Assembly (NCBI GenBank): GCA_965197925.1 | Contig: CBDAOC010000020.1 | Location: 544,001 to 608,000, forward strand | Source of the DNA: Nitrososphaerales archaeon | GTDB lineage: Archaea > Thermoproteota > Nitrososphaeria > Nitrososphaerales > UBA213 | Reading direction: 5' to 3' | Length of the DNA stretch: 64,000 nucleotides | Shown here: in pieces, positions 52,020 through 61,692 of the stretch | Layout: the number at the start of each line of letters is the position of its first letter | How positions within the stretch are numbered: position 1 is the first letter of the stretch | Notes under the pieces: generated by a model | The model's input: the letters and a program-made list of their open reading frames with translations, nothing else | Databases searched by the model: none | Told to the model about the DNA's origin: nothing | Program-made: the position numbers and the translations under genes

Positions 52020-52081
52020 TGCAACAAAACAACTTCGTCAATTAAATAAAGGAAATAAAGGACGTCAATTATGTATAATAT

Positions 52082-52834
52082 ATGGCAAATGGCTCTAGAA
52101 TAGAATGGACCGAAACCACATGGAACCCAACGACTGGTTGTACGAAGGTTTCTTCAGGTTGCAAGAATTGTTACGCTGCCACTTTATCCAAGCGCCTTAA
52201 GGCCATGGGTTTGAAAAAATACCGGAATGAATTTCAGTTTATCGAGCATCCTGGCGAATTAGAACTTCCGTTGCACTGGAAAAAACCGAGGAAGATTTTC
52301 GTAAACAGCATGTCCGATCTTTTCCATGAGAAAGCAACCATGGAATTTATCACCAGGTGCTTTCATACCATGATGCAGGCAAACTGGCACACGTACCAGG
52401 TTCTTACTAAACGCCCGAAGGCGATGGCTGAATTTTCAAATTCCTTCTACAGGCATTTCAAGCAGGAAATCCCCGCTCATGTCTGGATGGGAACCAGTGT
52501 TGAAAACGAGGATAATGTGAAGAGGGTGGACGAGCTTAGAAAGGTAAAGTGCGATATCCGATTCATAAGCTTTGAGCCGCTTCTCGGTTCTGTAGGTGAA
52601 GTAAATCTGGATGGTATTGATTGGGCGATAATAGGAGGTGAAAGTGGTTTTGGATTCAGGCCAGTCAAGAAAGAATGGATAGTGGAAATAAAACGACAAT
52701 GTAGAAAGCAAAAAGTCAAAGTATTTTTCAAGCAGTGGGGCGGCATCAGGCCGAAATCTGGTGGCAGAATGATAAACGGCAGGACTTATGAGGAATATCC
52801 TGCAATAAAAAAGTCGACACCGTTATATGCGTGA
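52082..52834 (+). CDS. DUF5131 / phage Gp37-Gp68 family radical-SAM-like protein
   Basis: IEWTETTWNPTTGCTKVSSGCKNCYA (CX6CX2C), FVNSMSDLFHE, QVLTKRP, SFEPLLG, GGESG, FFKQWGG. Confidence 0.95.
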   Translation: MANGSRIEWTETTWNPTTGCTKVSSGCKNCYAATLSKRLKAMGLKKYRNEFQFIEHPGELELPLHWKKPRKIFVNSMSDLFHEKATMEFITRCFHTMMQANWHTYQVLTKRPKAMAEFSNSFYRHFKQEIPAHVWMGTSVENEDNVKRVDELRKVKCDIRFISFEPLLGSVGEVNLDGIDWAIIGGESGFGFRPVKKEWIVEIKRQCRKQKVKVFFKQWGGIRPKSGGRMINGRTYEEYPAIKKSTPLYA

Positions 52835-53781
52835 AATCAGGTCTTTTGATGAAGAAACCATTTGTTCCTTACGATTGGTCTAAAAATCGTATCAAGATCT
52901 TAGTTGACAAGGTTCAGACTCTAAAAAACGATGGTCTGCGTTTATCTCCCGGTGATCTTTGGTCAATAAAGAAACTCCTTCTTCTGGATTATTACGTGAA
53001 ACCATTTGTTACAATTATTAAAAAAAATAAATTTACAAATTGGTATTATGTCGATACCCATTGCGGTCCTGGTCTCATCGGATTTCAGGGAAAGGATTTA
53101 GAAAATGAGCGTTTCCCCGGCTCTCCTTTAATAGCCGCACTACGAGGAAAGGAATATCACTTTCATGAATACATTTTTTCAGACATCAAAGAGGAAGAAG
53201 TTAGTGTATTGAAAGAACGTCTCAGTAGATTAAAACCCTTAACTGGAGATTTGAAATATTCATTTAATCCTACAGGTTTTGAAAAAACCGTGGCATTAAT
53301 TGAGACCAAAAAAGCGCGAGGGAATGCGTTTTTAATTTTTATTGATCCCACAGGATTCACAGAGATAACTTGGAAGCTGATGGAAAGACTGTTGAGTATT
53401 GAAACTGCTGATATCATTTTTACTTTTATGACTTATGCCATAGCATTTAACAAATCTAAGGCATGTGGCGATATAAAAACTACACAATCAATTGATGCAT
53501 TTTTTGGAAATAGTGATTGGAATGGCTGCGAAAATGGCGAAGCGTTAGCAGAATCATACAGACAGCAAATGTTGAAGTATAAAAGATATGCTTGCATCAT
53601 TCCCGTTTATAAGACGGGTGAAAGCAAACTCTATCATATGATAATTGCTACTAACAGCAAGGGCGGCAGCAATGTCTTTGATGACGCAAGAAAAATTATG
53701 GATGTAGCCACGACAGAAGTATTTAGAGATGCATTGAAAGTTATATCCGGAAAAACAAAAGACTTGACAGAGTATTTCTAA
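52831..53781 (+). CDS. tcmP: Second, divergent TcmP-family protein
   Basis: WSIKKLLLLDYY, YVDTHCGPG..GSPLIA, FIDPTG, LYHMIIATNSKGG. GTGA overlap with DUF5131. Confidence 0.85.
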   Translation: MKSGLLMKKPFVPYDWSKNRIKILVDKVQTLKNDGLRLSPGDLWSIKKLLLLDYYVKPFVTIIKKNKFTNWYYVDTHCGPGLIGFQGKDLENERFPGSPLIAALRGKEYHFHEYIFSDIKEEEVSVLKERLSRLKPLTGDLKYSFNPTGFEKTVALIETKKARGNAFLIFIDPTGFTEITWKLMERLLSIETADIIFTFMTYAIAFNKSKACGDIKTTQSIDAFFGNSDWNGCENGEALAESYRQQMLKYKRYACIIPVYKTGESKLYHMIIATNSKGGSNVFDDARKIMDVATTEVFRDALKVISGKTKDLTEYF

Positions 53782-53846
53782 CTTTTATCATTGTTATATC
53801 CGGAAAAACAAAAGACTTGACAGAGTATTTCTAACTTTTATCATTG
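53740..53846. repeat. 53-bp tandem duplication covering the tcmP 3' end and stop codon
   Basis: GTTATATCCGGAAAAACAAAAGACTTGACAGAGTATTTCTAACTTTTATCATT x2 (53740..53792, 53793..53845). Confidence 0.93.
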
Positions 53847-54197
53847 GATAGCGAAGGTTTCATCGGTCTCTTTCTGAAGACGTTCTTTTTTCATGGCATT
53901 CACTGTGTCCCCACACTCTCTCTTTACAGGTTGCAGCCGGGTTTAGCTCATTTTGGAACGGCAGGTTTGATGCTCGGAAAGGCCAGCTCACTTTGGACGA
54001 TGTGCATGGGGCATCGGCAGAAACTCGGGAGAAGATCCACGTTGCACACTTGAACAGCAACCAGATCAGATCACTAGAATTGACAGGAGCCACAAATAAA
54101 GGAGTGAACACCACCGCCTGAGAAACAGGAATGGGTAGGGGTGAAGCTGATATTCGAAGACAAGGATGGAAAGTTTCAACCCTATTGAATTCAAGAT

Positions 54198-55553
54198 CTA
54201 GCTGTTGCAGGTTTCCCTAACTTTTTTTGTTATACCCTCGATTATCCTCGCCGATGCAGCAAGATGATTTTTTGGATTAAATAATGACTTCAATTCTTGG
54301 TCTTTCAAGATAGCTGAAACTTTCTTATCCTTCCTTAACGCAACAAGAAAATGCGTCCCTTTCTTTGTTGAAGCGAAGGCTATTCTCTGTACAGTTCTAT
54401 ATGCATCAAATCGTGGCATCCCCCCTTTTATGAGTGCGTAGAGAACAAATTCAGCGTATAGCTGTCCCTTTGTAAGTTCTAGGTTATGCAATATACTCTT
54501 CTCATTAACCATCAATTCTGCGACAACCTTTGTCATGCTATTCAACATTTCATCCAACAGTATCACACTCATAGGTATTGTGAAACGTTCGTTAGCTGAA
54601 TTGGAAAGATCGCGTTCATGCCATAAACTTATGTTATCCAGTGATACGTTTACCATTGATTTAACCAATCTTGCAAGTGAGGATGTTCTCTCACTCTTTA
54701 TTGGATTCTTTTTTACGGGAACTGCACTACTACCCATTTGTCCTTCTCGGAAGGGTTCAGCTACTTCACCAATTTCCGTTCTCTGCAAATTACGTATTTC
54801 AACGGAGATCTTCTCTAGCGTTGATGCCAATAGTGCGACCGCAAACATGAACTCCGCATGCCTTTCTCTGGAAACAACCTGTGTTGCTGCACTTATGGGA
54901 TATAGTTTCAATTTTTTAGCAACTAGTCTTTGTACATCAAGCGCCTTTCTGTCCATCAACGAACCTGTGCCAACCACACCAAGTGTCTTACACATTAGAA
55001 CACGTTTTTCTAATTCCCCAAATCTTTCAATGTGAATGATTATGTCAGAAGCCCAGACCGCAAATTTCAAACCAAAGGCAATTATGCTTGCATGCTGACC
55101 ATGTGTTCTGCCAACAGCGGGTAATTCTTTGTATTTTGATGCCCTTCCAGATAATAGTTTGGTTATTCTTAATAACTTGGGTTTTATAATCTTCATAGAA
55201 TCACGCATCTGTAGTGAGATGACAGTATCAACAACATCATAACTGGTTAGACCATAATGGATCCACCGTTTTGTTTCATTGCTGCAAAGCTCACTTATTG
55301 ATTCAACTACAGCAGCGGTATCATGTTCGCTAACGGCTTCAAGCTCTTTCACTCTCTTTATTGTTATCTTGCTAGACCTTGCTTTAGTTGCAATCTCTTT
55401 CGCTGCTTTGAGAGGTATTAGTTTCATCTCCCCCTGAGCTTCAGCAACACTGGCCTCAAACTCAAGCTCATAATCCAAGCGATTCTGTTCTTCAAAAATG
55501 CTCTTGATCTCATCACTACCGTATCTGCCGGTATCAATAGGAAGAATTGGCAT
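54198..55553 (-). CDS. purB: Adenylosuccinate lyase
   Basis: HYGLTSYD, GRTHGQHA, GSSAVPVKKNP, WHERDLSNSANER. Confidence 0.96.
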   Translation of the reverse strand: MPILPIDTGRYGSDEIKSIFEEQNRLDYELEFEASVAEAQGEMKLIPLKAAKEIATKARSSKITIKRVKELEAVSEHDTAAVVESISELCSNETKRWIHYGLTSYDVVDTVISLQMRDSMKIIKPKLLRITKLLSGRASKYKELPAVGRTHGQHASIIAFGLKFAVWASDIIIHIERFGELEKRVLMCKTLGVVGTGSLMDRKALDVQRLVAKKLKLYPISAATQVVSRERHAEFMFAVALLASTLEKISVEIRNLQRTEIGEVAEPFREGQMGSSAVPVKKNPIKSERTSSLARLVKSMVNVSLDNISLWHERDLSNSANERFTIPMSVILLDEMLNSMTKVVAELMVNEKSILHNLELTKGQLYAEFVLYALIKGGMPRFDAYRTVQRIAFASTKKGTHFLVALRKDKKVSAILKDQELKSLFNPKNHLAASARIIEGITKKVRETCNS

Positions 55554-55858
55554 ATGTTGTTTCCATGAATCTGGGAAAATAAACCTTTGTTACTAATGTT
55601 ATTGAGGTTATGAAATATTATTTTTTACTACAGAACCCCAACAAACAATGTCTAGTCTAATCATAGTTGTAGAAAGAATTGAGGGTCATCAAATGGTGCA
55701 TAAGGAATATTCATCGGATCAAAATATTCATCCAAATTATTTTTCAAAGCCTTTTTTAAAAGTAATATACAATACAAATTCATCGACATCACAAGAATTT
55801 CTATGATGAGTGTAAAATGTAAACCAAAGGAAAAATTGGGGATAACTAGTTATCTAAT

Positions 55859-55884
55859 ACGAGATGGATTAACGAGATGGATTA
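55859..55884. repeat. 13-bp tandem duplication (ACGAGATGGATTA x2)
   Basis: Exact adjacent copies. Confidence 0.85.
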
Positions 55885-56759
55885 GATAATCGAGACCGTA
55901 ACCCCACAAACAAGAATACAGTTCAAATTATCTAGAATAGGAAAAGGGAGTAGAAAAACAAATACAATAACAATGACGAAAATTAACCATAGGACCGATA
56001 TGTTGGTGCAATCAACAGACAAAATTGATAATCTCTTTTGGAATGTTCTCAATAACGGGTATTCTATTGACCAGCCGAATGACCTTTGACCTTATTTTGC
56101 CAAAACACCTTCAAAGTATTTCAAATGTAAGAGATTGGGAGATTGAATTCCCAACTTTAAACCTGAAATGTTAGCATATCACAATATGTTACCAAAGACA
56201 GGTAACGTCCTATCAGAATAGTTTAAAATATTATTTTGCCAGCCCTAGGGAATGCCACACCCATTACAACCAAAAGAACCCATTTCCTTTTTTGATTCCC
56301 AAACAATCGGTAAAGTCATCATAACGTTCAATACACTTGATATTTTCTGTTTCAATCAGTAGCAACCGACGAACTAAAGTTAAATGATTAGGGATAAATC
56401 TAGAAATAATACAGTTACACGCCTCTTTTGAAATTTAAATATACATAATAACATTCTATGGGTTAGGCTAAGACCAGCATCAGGAAAAACGATTCTCATA
56501 GTGGTAATCTATCTTAGGGATATAGTTGCATTCTCCTGAGACTCTGCTTACCTTTTCCCATCCTGATTTCGGGAGAATTGTATTGAATGTATTGACAGTA
56601 AACTGGTAAAGCAAATATGGAAAGAAAGGAGTGATAACTGTATCAATAACCATATTGTCGACACAAGAATATTCTTAATAATGTACTATCATATCTGAAA
56701 GAACTCAATTCTAATAGTTTAAATTGGTCAAAGATGGGGTAAACTCTGGCTGATAGTTT

Positions 56760-58214
56760 TTGGTTTCCCGGGATATGATTAAGAAAGTGGGTGATGCCGA
56801 GTACAAGATTGATTCCATGCCAAATGGAAAAATGAATGTGCCTGTCACTATTTATGCTGACGATTCTCTTCTTAACAAAATGGTAACTGATAGAACTCTT
56901 GGTCAAGCAATGAACGTTGCTACATTGCCTGGAGTACAGAAGCATGTTGTTGTTCTGCCTGATGGTCATGAAGGTTACGGCTTTCCTGTTGGGGGTGTTG
57001 CAGCTACGGACTTTAATGAAGGTGTGATAAGCCCTGGTGGAGTTGGCTATGACATAAACTGTGGGGTAAGACTCATCAGAACCAACCTGAATGAAGCTGA
57101 TATAAGACAGAAATTAAAGGAATTGGTGAACGAACTTTTTCATGCAATACCATCGGGTGTTGGTAGCCAGGGTGCCTTTAAATTAAGCAGTTCAGATCTT
57201 GATAACGTCCTAACTGAAGGGGTAAATTGGGCCATAAAAAACAATTATGGTTTCAAAGAAGATGCTGATACGTGTGAGGAAAATGGAAGAATCCCAGATG
57301 CAGATCCAAACAAGATCTCTGCCATGGCTAGAAAAAGAGGAGCGCCCCAACTTGGAAGTTTAGGTTCGGGTAATCACTTTCTGGAAGTGCAAAAGGTCGA
57401 TAAAATATTCGATAAAGAAGCTGCAGAGAGATATGGCATTGAGCGTGAGGGACAAGCCACTGTAATGATACACTGTGGCTCGAGGGGCTACGGACACCAA
57501 GTTTGTACAGATTATTTACGTGTGTCTGAAAGCGCACTCCGAAAGTACAACATTCAACTACCAGACAGGGAACTTGCATGTGTTCCAAACAATTCTCAGG
57601 AGGGGGAATCATACAGGAAGGCGATGTATACTGCACTTAACTTTGCCTGGAGCAATAGGCAGATGATTACACACTGGACTAGAAAGACTTTTGAAGAGGT
57701 TTTCAATATGAGCGAAGGCGACCTTGACATGCGTCTTGTGTATGATGTTGCACACAACATTGCCAAGGTGGAAAATCACAAAGTGGATGGTTCTAGCAAG
57801 GACGTTGTCGTACATAGAAAAGGTGCTACCAGGGCATTTCCCGCAGGTAGAAAGGAGGTACCATCAAAGTACAGAGATTTTGGACAGCCTGTTATCATAC
57901 CTGGTTCCATGGGTACTGCAAGCTGGATTTTGCGTGGTGGTCACAATTCATTGGATCTTACTTTTGGTTCCACTGCACATGGAGCAGGAAGAACAATGTC
58001 AAGATCGGCTGCAAGGAGAAGCTACACTCCACAGGGAGTGCAGAATAAACTACAGTCTAGTGGAATATATGTAAAGGCCCTGACCAAGCAAGGTGTAGTG
58101 GAAGAGGCGCCGGAAGCTTACAAGGATGTAGATTCTGTGGTAGAAGTTTCACACAAGATTGGTATTGCAACAAAGGTGGCAAGGCTGGTTCCTTTAGGAG
58201 TGATAAAGGGATGA
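56760..58214 (+). CDS. rtcB: tRNA-splicing ligase RtcB
   Basis: PDGHEGYGFPVG, GYDINCG, LGSGNHFLE, HCGSRG, DVAHN, HRKGAT, PGSMG, HGAGR, EEAPEAYK. Confidence 0.97.
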   Translation: MVSRDMIKKVGDAEYKIDSMPNGKMNVPVTIYADDSLLNKMVTDRTLGQAMNVATLPGVQKHVVVLPDGHEGYGFPVGGVAATDFNEGVISPGGVGYDINCGVRLIRTNLNEADIRQKLKELVNELFHAIPSGVGSQGAFKLSSSDLDNVLTEGVNWAIKNNYGFKEDADTCEENGRIPDADPNKISAMARKRGAPQLGSLGSGNHFLEVQKVDKIFDKEAAERYGIEREGQATVMIHCGSRGYGHQVCTDYLRVSESALRKYNIQLPDRELACVPNNSQEGESYRKAMYTALNFAWSNRQMITHWTRKTFEEVFNMSEGDLDMRLVYDVAHNIAKVENHKVDGSSKDVVVHRKGATRAFPAGRKEVPSKYRDFGQPVIIPGSMGTASWILRGGHNSLDLTFGSTAHGAGRTMSRSAARRSYTPQGVQNKLQSSGIYVKALTKQGVVEEAPEAYKDVDSVVEVSHKIGIATKVARLVPLGVIKG

Positions 58215-58576
58215 GTGACTACGATCCTGATCTTGACATAATACGCGCCAGAAAATTGCGAGAGCTGAAAAGGAAGCTAAAGTCAGAAAAGCCAAAGGTG
58301 AAGACCGAGAGAGATATACTTGTAGAATATCTGGTTGATAGGGGAATAGAAGTTCTTGCAGCGGCGGAATACCAATACCCAGAGGAAACTGCTTTAGTTG
58401 TCACTAAAATCGTGGAGGTTATCAAAAAAGGTGAACTAAAGGAGAACATTTCTGGTGGTACTTTGCTTTCACTGTTTAGATCTTTAGGCTTACGGGTTAG
58501 AATGGACACAAAAATTAGTGTAGAAGAGCATGGTAGGTTTGTTTCACTTACAGATAAACTAAAACACGAGGAATAA
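58211..58576 (+). CDS. PDCD5-related double-stranded DNA-binding protein
   Basis: DLDIIRARKLRELK...L.DRG.EVL..A..QYPE...G.RVR..TKI pattern. Confidence 0.75.
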   Translation: MSDYDPDLDIIRARKLRELKRKLKSEKPKVKTERDILVEYLVDRGIEVLAAAEYQYPEETALVVTKIVEVIKKGELKENISGGTLLSLFRSLGLRVRMDTKISVEEHGRFVSLTDKLKHEE

Positions 58577-58578
58577 AT

Positions 58579-58989
58579 CTAAACTCTTCTTCCTCTTCTG
58601 CCACCGGGCTTTCTGGTAGTATCATGTGGAAGTGGTGTAACATCATCAATTCTTCCTATCTTGAATCCGGCCCTTGCAAGAGCTCTTATTGATGCCTGTG
58701 CTCCTGGTCCAGGAATCCTTGCCCCCATACCACCAACCGCTCTAACTCTAATATGCAAAGCAGTTATTCCTTTAGTTTTAGCTGTATCGGCTACAGTAAC
58801 TGCAGCCTTCATTGCTGCATATGGAGAAGATTCATACCTATCAGCAGAAACGTGTCTTCCACCAGAACTTATCCCTATAGTCTCTGCTCCACTAAGATCG
58901 GTTAAATGCACTATGGTATTGTTGTAACTACTGAATATGTGCGCTATACCCCATTTCTCCTTCTTGATATCCTCTTCTATTGACAACAA
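58579..58989 (-). CDS. rps11: 30S ribosomal protein S11 (uS11)
   Basis: [50 protein letters not shown]. Confidence 0.98.
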   Translation of the reverse strand: MLSIEEDIKKEKWGIAHIFSSYNNTIVHLTDLSGAETIGISSGGRHVSADRYESSPYAAMKAAVTVADTAKTKGITALHIRVRAVGGMGARIPGPGAQASIRALARAGFKIGRIDDVTPLPHDTTRKPGGRRGRRV

Positions 58990-59256
58990 AAAAACACTCT
59001 TTCAACGGTATAAAAAATGTTGTGGTGACAATTTTAATGGCTCTTATCAAGGGGGAATATAACCGCTGTTCAACATGAATGAGTCCATATTATTAGCATG
59101 TAGAGATGAAGTGGTATGGATATGTAACACAGTTTGCTTTACCAGAAAAGGGAATTCGCATCCCTTTGTGTAGGTTTTCAGATTACAGATTCCATAATAC
59201 TTTATCAACAAAATTCACTTGTCCATTGTACTAATTGTTCCTTAATTTTAGCAAGA

Positions 59257-59290
59257 ATTGAAGTATACACAATATTGAAGTATGCACAAT
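59257..59290. repeat. 17-bp tandem duplication (ATTGAAGTAT[A/G]CACAAT x2)
   Basis: Adjacent copies with one mismatch. Confidence 0.85.
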
Positions 59291-59300
59291 CATGAATTTT

Positions 59301-60260
59301 TCATCTCAAATGCTCCCAACCAACCTTTTCAATTCTTTTTTGGCCTTTGTTCCCGTTCATAAACACACCCTTACCAGCCTCTACTCGACCGATTACAGAG
59401 AGTCTGCACTTCTTCTCTCTAGCCAATTTCAGTACTTTGTTGAGATTTCGTCTTGGAACCGTAGCTACAATTTCATATTCCTCTCCCCCCTGGAATACCA
59501 GTTTACATATATCAAACCCATTTGCTTTTACAAATTTCCTGACCTCGTTGGTAGTTGGCAAGGATTCTATGATAAACTTCTTCTTGCTTTGTTCACTCAT
59601 TTCATGGAGTGTAATTGCTAGTCCGTCACTAGAGTCCATGGTAGATGAAGCATAATTTACCAGACCAAGTCCAAATCCCAACTTTGCTTTCGGCATCAAT
59701 ATGGCTCTTTTTGCTTTATTGCTAAAATATGATTCCGCTCTAGCTCTCCCTTGCAGAATCCTCAATGCTGCAGATGAATACCCAAATGGGCCTGATGTTA
59801 TTATAAGATCTCCCAAATTTGCACCGGAACGATTTATCAGCACACTAGAAATTCCAATTATACAACAGTCTATGACCAGATCGTTACTTTCGTTGGTATC
59901 ACCTCCAATTATGTTGACATTAAATTCTCTTTCCGCTTTTGCAAAACCTTTTGCAAGTTCTGTGATATCCTTTGCTCCGAAATTTCTTGGTATTCCTAAA
60001 GATATCAAAGAGGCCAATGGTTTAACACCCTTGCAAGCAAAATCGCTAACACAAGAAACTATGCTCTTTCTTGCCATTTGCTCCAATGACATTTGTTTGG
60101 GGGCATCGGTCACTCTGACGAACATATCGCATTTGAACACCAAGTTCTGCCCTCCAAATTTAACAGCATTAACATCATCGTTCCATAACATAGCTCTCCT
60201 CCTAATGGAAAGCGTTTTTGATATTAGATCAATTACCTGTTTTTCGCTTAACCTTTTCAT
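59301..60260 (-). CDS. thiL: Thiamine-monophosphate kinase
   Basis: NDDV, KCDMF, VSDFACKG, IIGGDTN, RSGA, MDSSDGL, GGEEYE. Start placed at MKRLSE. Confidence 0.93.
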   Translation of the reverse strand: MKRLSEKQVIDLISKTLSIRRRAMLWNDDVNAVKFGGQNLVFKCDMFVRVTDAPKQMSLEQMARKSIVSCVSDFACKGVKPLASLISLGIPRNFGAKDITELAKGFAKAEREFNVNIIGGDTNESNDLVIDCCIIGISSVLINRSGANLGDLIITSGPFGYSSAALRILQGRARAESYFSNKAKRAILMPKAKLGFGLGLVNYASSTMDSSDGLAITLHEMSEQSKKKFIIESLPTTNEVRKFVKANGFDICKLVFQGGEEYEIVATVPRRNLNKVLKLAREKKCRLSVIGRVEAGKGVFMNGNKGQKRIEKVGWEHLR

Positions 60261-61548
60261 TCTCTTCCCTAATCTTCTCCCCATACTTGTTATACAAATT
60301 CTTGCTTTTCTCTTCGCGCTTTGATTCTACTGAAAGCCTGATAGAATGTTCGGTGTTTGATCCCCTAATTAAAACCCATGAATCATCATCAACCATCGCA
60401 AATACACCATCAACACAATCCAAAGTAGAGGATTCCTTTCCCAGCAGTTTTTTGACATTCTCCAATACCTCATTATGGAGAGTAGAGTTAGCCTGTACCT
60501 TTCCTCTAATTGAATGGTATTTAGATGCAAACTCCAAAATTTCATTATATTTTTTGCTCCCTACCAAACTAGTTATAAAGGCAGACGCCAGGATCCCATC
60601 CCTGCACATGTTAAAGTCCTTAAGAATGAATCCTCCGCTGCTCCCCTCTCCACCAGCTGGTACATTATGCTCTAGCATCTCCTTGACAACATTTGCCTCG
60701 CCCACTTTCGCGCGATGAATCCTGCAATTATTTTCTTTAGCATAATCTTCTATGGCTTTACTGGTATCGCGACTCACCACAATGTCCTTGATATTCATAT
60801 CAATTGCCTTTGCTATACAAAGCAACAATGTAAGATCTGGGTTTAATTTTACGCCGTTCTCATCTACCACAGTAAGCCTGTCTCCATCCAAGTCAAAGGC
60901 AAATCCTACTTGACAATTGGAATTTACAACTATATTACGAAGTTCATTAAGTTCGTCAGTGGTCGGGTCTGGAGTTCTTGAAGAGACCCCAAATCTGTTA
61001 TTGATGCTTATTACCATACATCCTATTTTTGATAGTATTGCGTTAGCATAACCACTCGCCGCTCCACCAGTTGTGTCTACAGCAATTTTAGGTTCTTCTT
61101 GTATGTTATCCATTAACTTGATAATCTCTTCTTGGTAAGTAGAATTTATTACAAATTCCTTTCCTATGTAATTGATTTCACTAGCCGGTTCATTTTTGAC
61201 CTTCTCTAGCTCATTCTCAAATATTCCTCTTCCGTCTATTACAAATTTCAAACCATTCCATTCTAATGGATTATGAGAGGCAGTAACTATCAAAGCCGCA
61301 TCGTGCTTCCTTGATTCCCTGAATGCGAATGGCGTGGGTGCTATACCAAGATTATAAACGTCAATGCCTTGCTCCATAAAGGCAGAAGCTACAGTCTTAT
61401 AGATAATTTCACTGGTCTCTCTCGTGTCCCTTGCAAGAACGCATTCTCTGTCTATAAGCTTAGAAAAGCCTCTGGATAATCTTAGTACATCCTGAAGCAC
61501 AAGGTCTTGACCGAATATTCCACGGACGCCAGAGATTGAAATCTTCAC
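60229..61548 (-). CDS. Phosphohexomutase (phosphomannomutase/phosphoglucosamine mutase family)
   Basis: SISGVRG, TASHNP, FDLDGDR, KVGEAN, GGEGS, RDG, RGSNTE. Confidence 0.93.
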   Translation of the reverse strand: MKISISGVRGIFGQDLVLQDVLRLSRGFSKLIDRECVLARDTRETSEIIYKTVASAFMEQGIDVYNLGIAPTPFAFRESRKHDAALIVTASHNPLEWNGLKFVIDGRGIFENELEKVKNEPASEINYIGKEFVINSTYQEEIIKLMDNIQEEPKIAVDTTGGAASGYANAILSKIGCMVISINNRFGVSSRTPDPTTDELNELRNIVVNSNCQVGFAFDLDGDRLTVVDENGVKLNPDLTLLLCIAKAIDMNIKDIVVSRDTSKAIEDYAKENNCRIHRAKVGEANVVKEMLEHNVPAGGEGSSGGFILKDFNMCRDGILASAFITSLVGSKKYNEILEFASKYHSIRGKVQANSTLHNEVLENVKKLLGKESSTLDCVDGVFAMVDDDSWVLIRGSNTEHSIRLSVESKREEKSKNLYNKYGEKIREENEKVKRKTGN

Positions 61549-61599
61549 GAATCGATCTGCAAAGGCTTATTATTATAAACTCTACAAAACTTGTTTCAT

Positions 61600-61692
61600 G
61601 CCTCGGTGGCTCAGCCTGGTAGTGGTTATGAAACTGCCAAGAGCGAGCGCCTCGTAAGCGCTAAGTCGCGGGATCGAAGCCCGCCCGAGGCT
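61600..61692 (+). tRNA. tRNA-Thr(CGT) with ~19-nt non-canonical intron in the D-loop
   Basis: Acceptor GCCTCGG/CCGAGGC, D stem GCTC/GAGC around an oversized 28-nt loop, anticodon stem AGCGC/GCGCT with CGT at 61653..61655, T arm GCGGG-ATCGAAG-CCCGC. Confidence 0.9.

Noticed and set aside
53844..54190. Short ORFs at the right edge of the island
   Set aside because: Probably a gene fragment, but no frame gives a recognisable product.
55560..56750. 1.2-kb gap between purB and rtcB, checked for archease or an ncRNA
   Set aside because: No intact ORF or convincing structure. It looks like decayed DNA.
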